The position numbers and the translations under genes were made by a program. From Patescibacteria group bacterium (GTDB lineage Bacteria; Patescibacteriota; Minisyncoccia; RBG-13-40-8-A), in NCBI GenBank assembly GCA_043807255.1, contig JAZDGD010000010.1, forward strand, positions 1 to 53,302: a stretch of 53,302 nucleotides of DNA, written 5' to 3'. Below are positions 18,280 to 27,578 of the stretch, in pieces; the first letter of the stretch is position 1, and each line of letters starts with the position of its first letter. Under the pieces are notes generated by a model. That model was not told the origin of the DNA. It was given only the letters and a program-made list of their open reading frames with translations, and made no database searches.

Positions 18280-18283
18280 AGGT

Positions 18284-19291
18284 TTATTTCTTGCTCATAA
18301 TACTTCTTTTATAAATTTCCAAATTTTCTAAAACGGCGCCACATCCTTTGGCAACACAAGTTAACGGATCTTCGGTTACATAACAAGGCACGCCGGTTGT
18401 TTTAGATATCAAATCATCTAAATTTGAAAGCAATGCTCCACCCCCAGAAATGAACATTCCCCTGTCCATAACGTCAGCTGCTAATTCTGGCGGTGTAACC
18501 TGTAAAACACTTTTAATTGCACGGATAATTTCTTTTAATTCTCCAGAAATTGCCTCTACGACTTCTTTGTTGGTAATTTCAACAATTTTTGGCAAACCCT
18601 CAATTAGATCTCTGCCCTTTATTTTAATTGTGCCTCGTTCGGGATTGGGAATCGCACTGCCAATTTGAATTTTAATTTCTTCAGCAGTTCTTTCGCCAAT
18701 AGCTAAATTATGTTTTCTTTTGATGTGATCGGCAATTGCTCTATCTATTTTGTCTCCAGCAACTCTAACTGAAGACCAGGCAACGATTCCGCCTAAAGAA
18801 ATAATTGCCACGTCAGTTGTGCCACCGCCAATATCAATAATCATATTTCCAACGGGAGAATTTATGGGGATTCCTGCGCCAATAGCAGCTAAAACCGGTT
18901 GTTTGGCAATATATGCTGATTTAGCTCCAGATTGAATTGCTGCTTCAATTACAGCTCTTTTTTCGGTGGAAGTAATGCCTGCGGGTACAGAAATCAAAAC
19001 TTCGGGTCTAAATATCCTAAATTTTCCACTGGCTTTGTTAATAAAATACGAAAGCATTGCCTGAGTAATTCGATAATCAGCAATAACACCATCTCTCAAC
19101 GGCCTGGAAGCAACAATCGAGTCTGGAGTTTTACCGATCATTTCTCTGGCCTCGTTTCCAACTGCCAATATTCTGTTATCTTCAATTGAAACAGCAACAA
19201 CCGATGGTTCATTAATAACCACTCCTTTGCCCGGGATATAAACCAACGTATTGGCCGTTCCTAAATCAATGCCTATTTTCTTTATAAACAT
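18284..19291 (-). CDS. mreB: Second MreB/Mbl-type actin homologue
   Basis: GIDLGTANTLVY, DIGGGTTDVAIISLGG and ISGGGALLSNLD. It is clearly a paralogue of 11175-12227. Confidence 0.9.
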   Translation of the reverse strand: MFIKKIGIDLGTANTLVYIPGKGVVINEPSVVAVSIEDNRILAVGNEAREMIGKTPDSIVASRPLRDGVIADYRITQAMLSYFINKASGKFRIFRPEVLISVPAGITSTEKRAVIEAAIQSGAKSAYIAKQPVLAAIGAGIPINSPVGNMIIDIGGGTTDVAIISLGGIVAWSSVRVAGDKIDRAIADHIKRKHNLAIGERTAEEIKIQIGSAIPNPERGTIKIKGRDLIEGLPKIVEITNKEVVEAISGELKEIIRAIKSVLQVTPPELAADVMDRGMFISGGGALLSNLDDLISKTTGVPCYVTEDPLTCVAKGCGAVLENLEIYKRSIMSKK

Positions 19292-19315
19292 AATTAAATG
19301 CGAAAATTAATTTTA

Positions 19316-19380
19316 TGCCAATTATGCGAACTGCGAATTCGCAGTCTGTAGATTGGCATTTATATTAGTAGATTAGCATT
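19316..19380. promoter_or_regulatory. Divergent control region with a nested palindrome and 20-nt phased direct repeats
   Basis: TGCCAAT (19316-22) pairs with ATTGGCA (19352-58) around the perfect 16-nt palindrome ACTGCGAATTCGCAGT (19330-45). GTAGATTGGCATT (19348-60) and GTAGATTAGCATT (19368-80) follow. A possible TTGGCA-N17-TAAATT promoter ends 6 nt before the PEGA ATG. Confidence 0.5.
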
Positions 19381-19426
19381 ATTATTAAGTATTGGCAACT
19401 GTTTTTAAAAGTGCTAAATTGAATTT

Positions 19427-20383
19427 ATGACCCGAAAGACACGCAGAATAATTTTTTATCTTTTTGTGGTAATTTTTATCATTGTTGTTCCGATGATAAT
19501 TTTTTATGCCCTGGGATATAATTTTGATTTTGATAAAAAAACAATTGTTGCTACGGGTGGAATTTATTTGAAGTCAGATCCATCTAGAGCTGAAATATAT
19601 ATTAACGACAAATTAAAAACAACTACCAATAAATTAATTAAGCGATTAAGTCCCAAAATATATAATGTTAAAATTACAAAAGAAAATTTTTATCCTTGGG
19701 AAAAAAATTTAATAGTTCAGCCAAACCTTGTAACAAAGGCAAATAGCATTATATTGCTTCCCACAAATCCCAAAATTTCTTTAGTGGCTACTGAAAGTCA
19801 GGGATATATTGCTTTTACGGCCGAAAAAGAATCAGAGTCATATTATATTTTGGAAAACAATCTTTATCGAACAGAAAATAAAGAACTATTAATGCAAAAC
19901 GTGGCAAATTATGTTATTTACAGAGATGGGATTATTTATTTAGACAGCATAAATGGTGAAATTTTTGAACTAAATTTAACCACTCTAAAATCAGCACAGA
20001 TGTTTGATCAAGTATTTCCGAGTTTCAATAAGGGAAAATGGATTTTGTCTGAGGATAATAAAAAATTGCTATGTCAAAAAGATAAATCAGTAGAAATTTT
20101 ATGGTTGGATGACGTAACCAATAATTCAATCCCTCGAAAAAAAGGAGATTTAGATAAAATCGATTTTAATCAAACGATAAATGATGTTATTTGGTATTCA
20201 AAGACAGACGAACATTTAATTATTTCAACTGATAATTCGATTTTGTTTACGGAACTGGATAATCGTTTACCACGAAATACGGTAAACTATATTACCACAG
20301 AAAAACCAGAAATAAAATACGATTCGTCAAACAGAATGTTGTATTTTTTGAGTCAGGATAAATTATATCAAACAGAATTATAA
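19427..20383 (+). CDS. Membrane-anchored PEGA-domain protein
   Basis: N-terminal TM helix and a PEGA-like segment (SDPSRAEIYINDK...IYNVKITKENFYPWEKNL). The C-terminal beta-rich region has unknown function. Confidence 0.65.
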   Translation: MTRKTRRIIFYLFVVIFIIVVPMIIFYALGYNFDFDKKTIVATGGIYLKSDPSRAEIYINDKLKTTTNKLIKRLSPKIYNVKITKENFYPWEKNLIVQPNLVTKANSIILLPTNPKISLVATESQGYIAFTAEKESESYYILENNLYRTENKELLMQNVANYVIYRDGIIYLDSINGEIFELNLTTLKSAQMFDQVFPSFNKGKWILSEDNKKLLCQKDKSVEILWLDDVTNNSIPRKKGDLDKIDFNQTINDVIWYSKTDEHLIISTDNSILFTELDNRLPRNTVNYITTEKPEIKYDSSNRMLYFLSQDKLYQTEL

Positions 20384-20453
20384 TATAATCGGAATTATGG
20401 TTTTCTTCCACTCAAGACACGATCGTAGCTTGAGTTGAAGGTTGAATTTTGAA

Positions 20454-20493
20454 TAAAAAAATAGCGGGCAGGCACTCCATAGTACTCGCCCGC
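20454..20493 (-). terminator. Possible terminator of the lipoprotein gene
   Basis: GCGGGC/GCCCGC stem (20464-69 and 20488-93) with an 18-nt loop, followed on the minus strand by TAT-T7. Confidence 0.4.
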
Positions 20494-20519
20494 CTTGCGG
20501 TTCCGTGGTCGTGATCGTG

Positions 20520-20978
20520 TTACTTCTTGGGAGGGTTAATGAGGCGCCTGTTGTTGTCCAGGACCCCCTTGTATTCCACGGCCATGTAATAGCCCGAAAT
20601 AGTACCCTTGAGCATGTCTTGAGAAATGGCTACCGGATCGTCTCCGGTAGCAGAGATAAGTATAAAAAATATCTCATCTCCACACTTAATGTCACAATCC
20701 TCGACTACTCTGTTGCTCGGAGTAATCCCTATGCTCAGGATCATAACCTTCCTTTTGAAGTAGTAATCATCGTTGTCTTTGGGGTTTGTAACAATAACGA
20801 AACCCCACCCGGGCATTGATTTTCCCGTGTCCAGAACCCGGGCACGTACGACATCGATTCGCTCATAATTTGATTGGATCACGAGCTCTTCTCCGTCTTT
20901 CGGCTCGGCCCTGTGGCATCCGATGCCGATGACCACGAACATAATCAGAACCATTGAAAGAACGAACATTTTTTTCAT
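20520..20978 (-). CDS. Lipoprotein of unknown function in a GC-rich islet
   Basis: Signal peptide with lipobox (VVIGIGC), SD AAGGAGG upstream, and visibly higher GC than the flanks. Confidence 0.7.
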   Translation of the reverse strand: MKKMFVLSMVLIMFVVIGIGCHRAEPKDGEELVIQSNYERIDVVRARVLDTGKSMPGWGFVIVTNPKDNDDYYFKRKVMILSIGITPSNRVVEDCDIKCGDEIFFILISATGDDPVAISQDMLKGTISGYYMAVEYKGVLDNNRRLINPPKK

Positions 20979-21004
20979 CTTTACGCCTCCTTAGCGTTAT
21001 CGTA

Positions 21005-21034
21005 AGTATAGCATACTTCATGTTAAATTGTCAA
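21005..21034 (-). promoter_or_regulatory. Sigma70-type promoter TTGACA-N18-TATACT for the lipoprotein gene
   Basis: On the minus strand, TTGACA (21034-21029) and TATACT (21010-21005) precede TAAGGAGGCGTAAAG-ATG. Confidence 0.6.
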
Positions 21035-21139
21035 GTGGTAAAATGAAAAATAAAAATGGGGCCCGGATTGTTTCTCTGGACCCCTTCGTAGACAGCCGTC
21101 TGAACAGTGCGCTGTGCGCGGAACCATGAAGCGTTTCAT
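21023..21139 (-). CDS. Candidate 38-aa small ORF (MKRFMVPRTAHCSDGCLRRGPEKQSGPHFYFSFYHLTI)
   Basis: Strong SD AAAGGAGGTAAATC-ATG. The ORF is GC-rich, below the ORF-track cutoff, and has no recognisable family. Confidence 0.35.
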   Translation of the reverse strand: MKRFMVPRTAHCSDGCLRRGPEKQSGPHFYFSFYHLTI

Positions 21140-21172
21140 GATTTACCTCCTTTCATAAAGTGCATATCTGTT

Positions 21173-21203
21173 AAAAGATGACCACTAGCAGGGGTCATCT
21201 TTT
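21173..21203 (-). terminator. Terminator after the FAD/FeS oxidase gene
   Basis: AAAAGATGACC-9 nt-GGTCATCTTTT perfect inverted repeat. Confidence 0.75.
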
Positions 21204-21264
21204 AACTAAATGAAAAAATTTACCAGTTTTATTTTACAGATATTATTACGAAGATTGATTTAAT

Positions 21265-23100
21265 TTATTTCAATTTTCCCTCGCGGTAACTTTCATTAAA
21301 CTCTTTCAATTTTGCGCCGACGATTGTATCACAAGTTTTTGTACACATTCCGCACAGAACACATTTTCTGATTTGCTCTTCGATTTCCTCGGTTTCCCCC
21401 TCGACTAAGTTCGGGGCAAGCAGTTTGTACCTTATCAGGTTCTTAAACTGCTTGGGTCCAGTCTCCCCTTTCTTGGAAGTTATCCAGGCAGGACATTTGT
21501 TTTGACAATAAGCACATTCCATACATGGCCACTCTTCATTTCCTAATGGTTTCATCGGAAGTTTAATGTTGTCGTAAATTTTATCTTTGCTGAACATTGT
21601 GCTGGGATTTAAAATATCATCTTTATCAAAGATATTTTTAATTTCTTTCAAATATTTAACAATTTTTCCACCCCATTCTTTTTTCATATACATGCTTCGA
21701 CATCTCCCTCCACCATGTTCAGTTGCGGTTGTGCCATCATATTTAAAAACTGCGGAATAAACTCTATCGGCAATTTTTTTGATTGTTTTAATGTGTTTGG
21801 TTGTTGACGCCTCAATAACTGGGTCAATGTGAATCGTTCCTGTTCCGGCGTGACCATATAAGGCAACCTGAATATCCAAATCTTTAAATATCTTTCTTAG
21901 ATCTTTAAGCAAATCTGGAATGTCTTTTATTCTCACTCCAACATCATCAATCGAAACCAATGGTTTGGTTGTGGGAGAAAATTTTGCAGTTAATGGTAGT
22001 AAACATTTTCGCAGTTCCCAAATTTTTCCCATTTTGTCGGCATCTTTAATTACTTCGCCAACCAAACTAAAATTCTTTAATGAGTTTTCAAATTCTTTTA
22101 GGGTCGCCTCAATTTTTTCATCAAACTGAACAATAAACATCGCTTCTGCTTCTTTGGACAAACCAAGCATCGGAAAACAACTCGATGCAAGTTCAAGTGA
22201 AACTTTATCAACTAATTCTACTCCCGAGCAACCAAGTCGTTTAACTTCTTTAATAAAATTATCAATTTGATATAAGTCAGATAAAAATACTGCCCAAGAA
22301 ACTGGCTTCTCGGTTGGTTTCGGTATCACTTTTAATTTAATTTCCGTAAAAATCCCCAAAGTTCCAATACTGCCCATCATTAAATGTGCAATTAATTCAT
22401 TTGTGTCTGCATATTTATCGAAAGCAGAAATATTATAAACAGAAGCATTTTGTACATCCGCTTTTCGATTCATAATTGCCATCGATTTTTTATCATTCAA
22501 AATTTTTGTGCGCAATGTCTCTAATTTTGTTTTAAATTTTTCAACACCAGCTCCGGTTTCGGTATTTACGATATCTCCGTCAGCATCAACAAATTCAATC
22601 GCCAGCATAAAATCATCAAGCGTACCGTACTTTACGGCTCCTCCTCCACAGGCCTTAGTGGCAACATTTCCGCCAATCATACAAGCTCTTGATGAGGCTG
22701 GCACTGGAGGCAAAAATAGGCCCTTTTCAGCCAACTTTGCCTGTAAATCGTCGTAAATTACCCCAGGCTGAGTGCGAACGAAGCCTGCCCCGAGCGCAGT
22801 CGAGGGGCTGATCTCCAATACTTGATCGAAATATCGAGTAAAATCCATAATGATTCCTGGGCCCACTGCTGTGCCAGCAACAGATGTTCCTGCAGTGCGA
22901 CAAGTAATGCCAATTTGATTTTCTTTGGCGAATTTTACTGTTTGTTGAATATCGTTTTTTGTTTTCGGCAAAACAATTAATTCTGGAACGAATTTATATA
23001 AACTGGCATCAGTTGAATAAATTTCGCGCCAAAATCTTTGTGTTAATATATCGCCTTCAAACTCTTTTTTAAATTCTTCGATTTTTTGTTTTGATAGCAT
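21265..23100 (-). CDS. FAD-linked oxidase (GlcD/D-lactate dehydrogenase-like) fused to a 4Fe-4S dicluster domain
   Basis: PCMH-type FAD-binding N-terminal half. The C-terminus carries CMECAYCQNKCP and CVLCGMCTKTC. Confidence 0.85.
   Translation of the reverse strand: MLSKQKIEEFKKEFEGDILTQRFWREIYSTDASLYKFVPELIVLPKTKNDIQQTVKFAKENQIGITCRTAGTSVAGTAVGPGIIMDFTRYFDQVLEISPSTALGAGFVRTQPGVIYDDLQAKLAEKGLFLPPVPASSRACMIGGNVATKACGGGAVKYGTLDDFMLAIEFVDADGDIVNTETGAGVEKFKTKLETLRTKILNDKKSMAIMNRKADVQNASVYNISAFDKYADTNELIAHLMMGSIGTLGIFTEIKLKVIPKPTEKPVSWAVFLSDLYQIDNFIKEVKRLGCSGVELVDKVSLELASSCFPMLGLSKEAEAMFIVQFDEKIEATLKEFENSLKNFSLVGEVIKDADKMGKIWELRKCLLPLTAKFSPTTKPLVSIDDVGVRIKDIPDLLKDLRKIFKDLDIQVALYGHAGTGTIHIDPVIEASTTKHIKTIKKIADRVYSAVFKYDGTTATEHGGGRCRSMYMKKEWGGKIVKYLKEIKNIFDKDDILNPSTMFSKDKIYDNIKLPMKPLGNEEWPCMECAYCQNKCPAWITSKKGETGPKQFKNLIRYKLLAPNLVEGETEEIEEQIRKCVLCGMCTKTCDTIVGAKLKEFNESYREGKLK
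22764..22808. repeat. Two adjacent GC hairpins inside the oxidase gene
   Basis: CAGGCT-12 nt-AGCCTG (22764-86) and GCCCCGA...TCGAGGGGC (22787-808), encoding SPSTALGAGFVRTQPG. Confidence 0.75.
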
Positions 23101-23111
23101 CTTTTATGTTT

Positions 23112-23161
23112 GGAGGTTTAACCTCCCGAAATTATTTTTTAATATTATGAGGTTAAACCTC
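23112..23161. repeat. Double-hairpin module GGAGGTTTAACCTCC-N22-GAGGTTAAACCTC, ending 11 nt upstream of the oxidase start
   Basis: Perfect palindromes at 23112-26 and 23149-61. The AT-rich spacer contains ATATTAAAAAATAA (minus strand). A near-identical module lies at 36055-36108. Confidence 0.9.
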
Positions 23162-23186
23162 TTAACATTAATTATATCACGTCAAA

Positions 23187-23350
23187 CAAAAAAGAGCGAA
23201 TATCGAGTGAGTGCTGTCACAGAGCGATAGTGGCAACAATCATTTCAGCGGGAAAATGCTCTTTTTATCTCTCCTCTGTTTTGTCCTACAAAAGCAGATT
23301 CAAGTCGGACAAAAAGCTTCCGCCTCAATTACGATATTCGCTCTTTTTTG
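23187..23350. other. 19-bp perfect inverted repeat CAAAAAAGAGCGAATATCG enclosing 126 nt (candidate structured RNA or MITE-like element)
   Basis: Arms at 23187-23205 and 23332-23350. Internal stems are AGAGC/GCTCT (23221-25 and 23258-62) and TTTTGTCC/GGACAAAA (23279-86 and 23307-14). No ORF of note. Confidence 0.6.
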
Positions 23351-23419
23351 GCCCCTATCGCCAAATACGAGCATATTTATTATATGAAAACAATTTTTAA
23401 AAGTCAAGCGGTGCGTTTA

Positions 23420-23476
23420 CGAGGCTAAGCCTCGACGAATTTATTTTTTTAACTTTACGAGGCTTAGCCTCGTAAA
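23420..23476. repeat. Two copies of the CGAGGCTWAGCCTCG palindrome at the 3' end of the PAP2 gene
   Basis: CGAGGCTAAGCCTCG (23420-34) lies after the stop. TTTACGAGGCTTAGCCTCGTAAA (23454-76) lies inside the last codons. Confidence 0.9.
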
Positions 23477-23920
23477 ATGTACAATTATTCCCGACAAAAT
23501 TCCAATTAATGCACCACCAATAACATCTGATGGCCAATGAACACCGACATAAATTCTTGCAATTCCAACTAATATTGCAACCACGAAAGCAACAATTCCC
23601 CATTTTTTATTAAAAAAATAAATCGCCATTGCGATGGCAAAAACTATTGTGGCATGTCCCGATGGAAACGAAAACGGTTCGCCATTCGGTCTGGTTGTAT
23701 TTAAAATTCTTTTTAATGGTTCGGCAACAACGACACGAGCAAGGAGCGTTGTGACAGCAACAGAAATTGCCATCAATCGTGTTTTTTTGACAAATAGAGC
23801 GATAATGAAAACAATCCCCACAAGATACAATAAGTAGTCAGCAAAAAATAATCCCAAGAAATCAATAATCTTTGAAGTGTTTGCAATTCCATTAATTGTT
23901 TGAAAAATCGTTGCGTTCAT
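23441..23920 (-). CDS. PAP2-family phosphatase (undecaprenyl-diphosphatase-like)
   Basis: KRILNTTRP, PSGHA and HWPSDVIGG acid-phosphatase motifs in a multi-TM protein. Confidence 0.8.
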   Translation of the reverse strand: MNATIFQTINGIANTSKIIDFLGLFFADYLLYLVGIVFIIALFVKKTRLMAISVAVTTLLARVVVAEPLKRILNTTRPNGEPFSFPSGHATIVFAIAMAIYFFNKKWGIVAFVVAILVGIARIYVGVHWPSDVIGGALIGILSGIIVHFTRLSLVKLKK

Positions 23921-23966
23921 TACTATTATTTTATCAGATTTTTCTAAAAAATAAAAGAGCCCATGT

Positions 23967-26147
23967 CTAATTTTTGTATCGCTTCATTGATAAAGAATTG
24001 CTTACTACGCTTACTGATGAAAAAGCCATGGCCATCGCAGCAATAGCGGGATTTAAAAGCCAACCAGTTAAAGGATATAAAATTCCGGCTGCAACAGGAA
24101 TGCCAACCACGTTATAAATAAATGCCCAAAAAAGATTCTGTTTAATTTTCTTTAATGTAAATTTGCTTAAGTCAATTGCTCTTACTACATCACGCAAATC
24201 ATCTTTAATTAGAACGATGTCTCCTGTTTCCATGGCAATATCGGTGCCAGAGCCCAATGCAATGCCTAAATCAGCCTGTGCTAGTGCTGGAGAATCATTT
24301 ATCCCGTCTCCAACCATTGCTACAATATTTCCTTGGCTTTGTAATTTTTTAATTTCGTCTGATTTTCCTTGTGGTAAAACTTCTGCTAAAACTTTATCAA
24401 TTCCGAGCTCTTTGGCAATCGCCTCTCCTACGCGTTTATTATCGCCAGTGATTATGGCAACCTTCTTGCCAAGATTATGCAACATTTCTATTGCTTGTTT
24501 TGAAAAATCTTTTAGTGTGTCAGCCACTGCAATTAACCCCATTATTTTATTGTCAAAACTTAAAATCATTACTGTTTTTCCTTGGTTTTCTAATTCCTCC
24601 ATTCGTTTTTCAACTGATTGAATGTCAATGTTGTTATCTGCCATTAATTTTCTGTTTCCAAATAAAATTATTTTGCTATCCAGTTTGGCCAAAACTCCAT
24701 GACCAGGTATTGCTTGAAAGTCCCTAACTTCATCCAGTATAAGATTTTTATTTTTGGCCTCATTAACAATTGATTGCGCTAATGGGTGTTCAGAATTTTT
24801 CTCAATAGAGGCTGCTAATTGTAAAATATTTGCTGGCAAAACATCGGTTACAACTGGTTCTCCTTTTGTTAGGGTTCCAGTTTTATCAAAAACAATCATA
24901 TTTACATCGCGAGCAATTTCTAGTGCTTTTCCGCTTTTAATTAAAATTCCATTTTTTGCTGCAAGCCCAGTGCCCATCATAACTGCGGTTGGAGTTGCAA
25001 GCCCCAACGAACAAGGACAAGCAACAATTAAAATTGCTACAAAAATTGTAAGTGCAAAAGTAAATGATTGCCCAAAAATTAACCAAGCGATAAATGCGAT
25101 AACGGCAATAATCATAACCGCTGGCACAAAATAAAAAGCAACCTTATCAGCTAAAAGTTGAATTGGTGCTTTTGAGCCCATTGCCTCTTCAACAATTTTA
25201 ATAATTTGTGCAAGCATTGTATCTTTGCCAACGCGAGTTGCTTTAAATTTTAAAACCCCAGTTTTATTAATTGTTGCTCCGATCACTTCATCGCCAATCT
25301 TTTTTTCAACAGGGATACTTTCTCCTGTGATTGCTTTTTCGTCAACGCCAGAATACCCATCAATTACAATTCCATCAACTGGAATTTTTTCGCCAGGTTT
25401 AACTAAAATAATATCATTAACTTTTACTTCAGATATTGAAATTTTTATTTCTTCGCCATCTCTTAAAATAGTTGCTTCTTTTGGCTGAAGTCCCATTAAT
25501 TTTTTTATTGCATCGCCAGTTTTGCCTTTGGTTGCGGTTTCTAAATATTTTCCCAAAGAGATAAAAACTAAAATCAATGCTGCGCTTTCATAATATAAAT
25601 GTTCTCCAGAAAAATTTGGTTTAAATAAAATCATTAAAGATATAACTATACTATAAAAATAAGCAGCCAAAGTCCCGATTTCAATCAAAGAGTCCATATT
25701 TGGACTTCTTTTAATTAATTTTTTCAGTCCAGAGATATAAAGTGGATAATTTACAGCCATAATTGCTGTTGTGATTATAAATTGAATAATTACATTTAGC
25801 TTTATAGAAATATTAATTTGTGGAAGTCCAAGCATTTTGCCCATAGTTAAATAAAGAATTGGAATTCCCAAAATTAATGAAAAGATAAAAGCATTTTTTA
25901 ATTTTTTAATTTCATTTTTAATTTTATCTTTATCATCTTTCTCTTGTATCTTATATCCTAAATCATTAATTATTTTTTGTATTTTTAAAATATTAATTTT
26001 TTGTTCATCAAATTCTAAATAAGCCTTTTCCGTGGCAATATTAACATTTGCGGAATTTATTCCGCTTTCATTTTTTAATGCATTTTCAATTACGCTTGAG
26101 CAGGAAGCACAGTGCATGCCCAAAATATTTAATGTAATTTTTTCCAT
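23967..26147 (-). CDS. copA: Copper-translocating P1B-type ATPase
   Basis: N-terminal HMA GMHCASC, with CPC, DKTGTLT and [10 protein letters not shown]. Confidence 0.93.
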   Translation of the reverse strand: MEKITLNILGMHCASCSSVIENALKNESGINSANVNIATEKAYLEFDEQKINILKIQKIINDLGYKIQEKDDKDKIKNEIKKLKNAFIFSLILGIPILYLTMGKMLGLPQINISIKLNVIIQFIITTAIMAVNYPLYISGLKKLIKRSPNMDSLIEIGTLAAYFYSIVISLMILFKPNFSGEHLYYESAALILVFISLGKYLETATKGKTGDAIKKLMGLQPKEATILRDGEEIKISISEVKVNDIILVKPGEKIPVDGIVIDGYSGVDEKAITGESIPVEKKIGDEVIGATINKTGVLKFKATRVGKDTMLAQIIKIVEEAMGSKAPIQLLADKVAFYFVPAVMIIAVIAFIAWLIFGQSFTFALTIFVAILIVACPCSLGLATPTAVMMGTGLAAKNGILIKSGKALEIARDVNMIVFDKTGTLTKGEPVVTDVLPANILQLAASIEKNSEHPLAQSIVNEAKNKNLILDEVRDFQAIPGHGVLAKLDSKIILFGNRKLMADNNIDIQSVEKRMEELENQGKTVMILSFDNKIMGLIAVADTLKDFSKQAIEMLHNLGKKVAIITGDNKRVGEAIAKELGIDKVLAEVLPQGKSDEIKKLQSQGNIVAMVGDGINDSPALAQADLGIALGSGTDIAMETGDIVLIKDDLRDVVRAIDLSKFTLKKIKQNLFWAFIYNVVGIPVAAGILYPLTGWLLNPAIAAMAMAFSSVSVVSNSLSMKRYKN

Positions 26148-26151
26148 ATAT

Positions 26152-27543
26152 TTAAATTACTTCCATTACTCCAGAAACCATTCCCATCCAACAACTAAAT
26201 TTATATTTTCCAACTTTTGTTGGCGTAAATTCTTTCACGCTAGTTTTTCCAGGAGCAAGATCAATTGAACCACTAAATAGATTTCTTGAAATAACGGCAT
26301 TGGTACAACCACTTGTGCCAGTATCAGTAATTTCCCATCGCACAGGAACGTTGACTCTTACTTTAAAATAATTTGGCGTATATCTACTTGCCGATGCTTG
26401 CATTTTCAGAATTTGCTTGCCATTAACCATTGGCGCCAAGTCCTTAATTTCGCCTTTTGTGGTATTGTTGTCTTGAACACTATTTAAATTTAAATTACTT
26501 AAACTCGGAAGGCCCAATGCGTTTAATTGAGCATTCAAATTAAACAAGGCAAAAAACAAAACCAAAATTCCAGCAATTTTTAAAAACTTGCCAGCCAAAT
26601 GTGGCTTTTGAGAAAATTTAATTGAAGACAGGCCAATTGCAAATAATGCTGGCAATGTTCCTAATGCGAAGAAAAACATAATCAAAGCACCTTGTACTGC
26701 GCCACCAGAAATCAATGCCAGCCCTTGAGCAGTTATGGTGAATCCGCAGGGAAGAAAAAAGGTCAATGCTCCCATTATAAATGGCATATATTTGCCCTTA
26801 AATTTGGTTTCGTCAGCAATGCGTCGAGTTATAAATTTAGGCATTGTGAATTGAAATTTTCGAAATGCTTTTACTCCCAACATTTGTAATGACAAAAAAA
26901 ACATCATTATAGATACGGCAACAATTAGAATGGAGGTAAAGACCAAAGAAACTTGGAATTTACTGCCAATAGCGCCAATAAGTCCACCTAAAACAGTATA
27001 AGCAATAACTCTTCCAACATTAAACATGATATGTGGTTGAAGTTTTTTCTTGGTTGAGTCCTTTTCCGAATACATTTCCGTCCATTGTTTTGACATTGAA
27101 AGAATTAGTCCGCCGACTAAAGCTGCGCAACTAGAAACTCCAGCCAAAAGTCCCAAAAACAGAAAAGCCGGCAAAGACGATTTAGAGGTAACATTAATTA
27201 TGCCAGAGAGATTGCTATTTTTTATTAAGGAAAAACCGATGATTATAAATATTGCCACTCCAACAATCGTAGAAGTATCGTTTTTCTTTCCTTGTTCTTG
27301 TTCTTTCTCTTTTGTTTTTAGCATTTGATTAGAAAAAATATAATTTTCTTTTTCAAATATTTTGTTTAATTCATTTGTTTCTGGTAATTCTCCTTCAAAT
27401 TCAATTCTGATTTGTTCATTTTTGACGGATGCTTCAACTGATTTTACGTTTTTGAATTCCAACATTCTCTTTTCAATAATAAGCTCGCAAGATGCACAAT
27501 GCATCCCCTTTACGTGGTATATGTGTTCTTTAATGTTGCTCAT
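26152..27543 (-). CDS. HMA domain / DsbD_2-like membrane domain / C-terminal cupredoxin-like domain protein
   Basis: GMHCASC after ATG 27543, multi-TM core with SSCA and LPCG, and a C-terminal [16 protein letters not shown]. The ORF-track N-terminal extension overlaps ndk and is unlikely to be real. Confidence 0.75.
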   Translation of the reverse strand: MSNIKEHIYHVKGMHCASCELIIEKRMLEFKNVKSVEASVKNEQIRIEFEGELPETNELNKIFEKENYIFSNQMLKTKEKEQEQGKKNDTSTIVGVAIFIIIGFSLIKNSNLSGIINVTSKSSLPAFLFLGLLAGVSSCAALVGGLILSMSKQWTEMYSEKDSTKKKLQPHIMFNVGRVIAYTVLGGLIGAIGSKFQVSLVFTSILIVAVSIMMFFLSLQMLGVKAFRKFQFTMPKFITRRIADETKFKGKYMPFIMGALTFFLPCGFTITAQGLALISGGAVQGALIMFFFALGTLPALFAIGLSSIKFSQKPHLAGKFLKIAGILVLFFALFNLNAQLNALGLPSLSNLNLNSVQDNNTTKGEIKDLAPMVNGKQILKMQASASRYTPNYFKVRVNVPVRWEITDTGTSGCTNAVISRNLFSGSIDLAPGKTSVKEFTPTKVGKYKFSCWMGMVSGVMEVI

Positions 27544-27578
27544 AGATTTTAATACTCTTTTCTCTGTTAATATATTGC

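Noticed and set aside
20505-20819. 104-aa plus-strand ORF antisense to the lipoprotein gene.
   Set aside because: The minus-strand frame has a promoter, an SD, and a signal peptide with lipobox. The antisense frame has none of these.
23112-23126. GGAGG in the proximal hairpins acting as a sequestered Shine-Dalgarno (an RNA thermometer).
   Set aside because: GGAGG would be about 21 nt from the ATG once melted, too far for a functional SD. This was kept only as a minor alternative under the double-hairpin finding.
23187-23350. Known RNA classes for the 19-bp-closed unit: SRP/4.5S RNA, 6S RNA, RNase P RNA, tmRNA, retron msr-msd.
   Set aside because: There is no domain IV AGCA/GGAA symmetric-loop signature. 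A GC-GGAA-GC tetraloop on the minus strand lacks the flanking consensus. There are no RNase P P4 strings, no tRNA-like end and no adjacent reverse transcriptase. A 6S-like fold cannot be judged without covariation.
23256-23387. 43-aa hydrophobic plus-strand ORF (MLFLSLLCFVLQ...) inside and beyond the 19-bp inverted-repeat unit.
   Set aside because: It has a weak ribosome-binding context, crosses the right repeat arm, and its composition is explained by T-rich sequence. There is no supporting signal.
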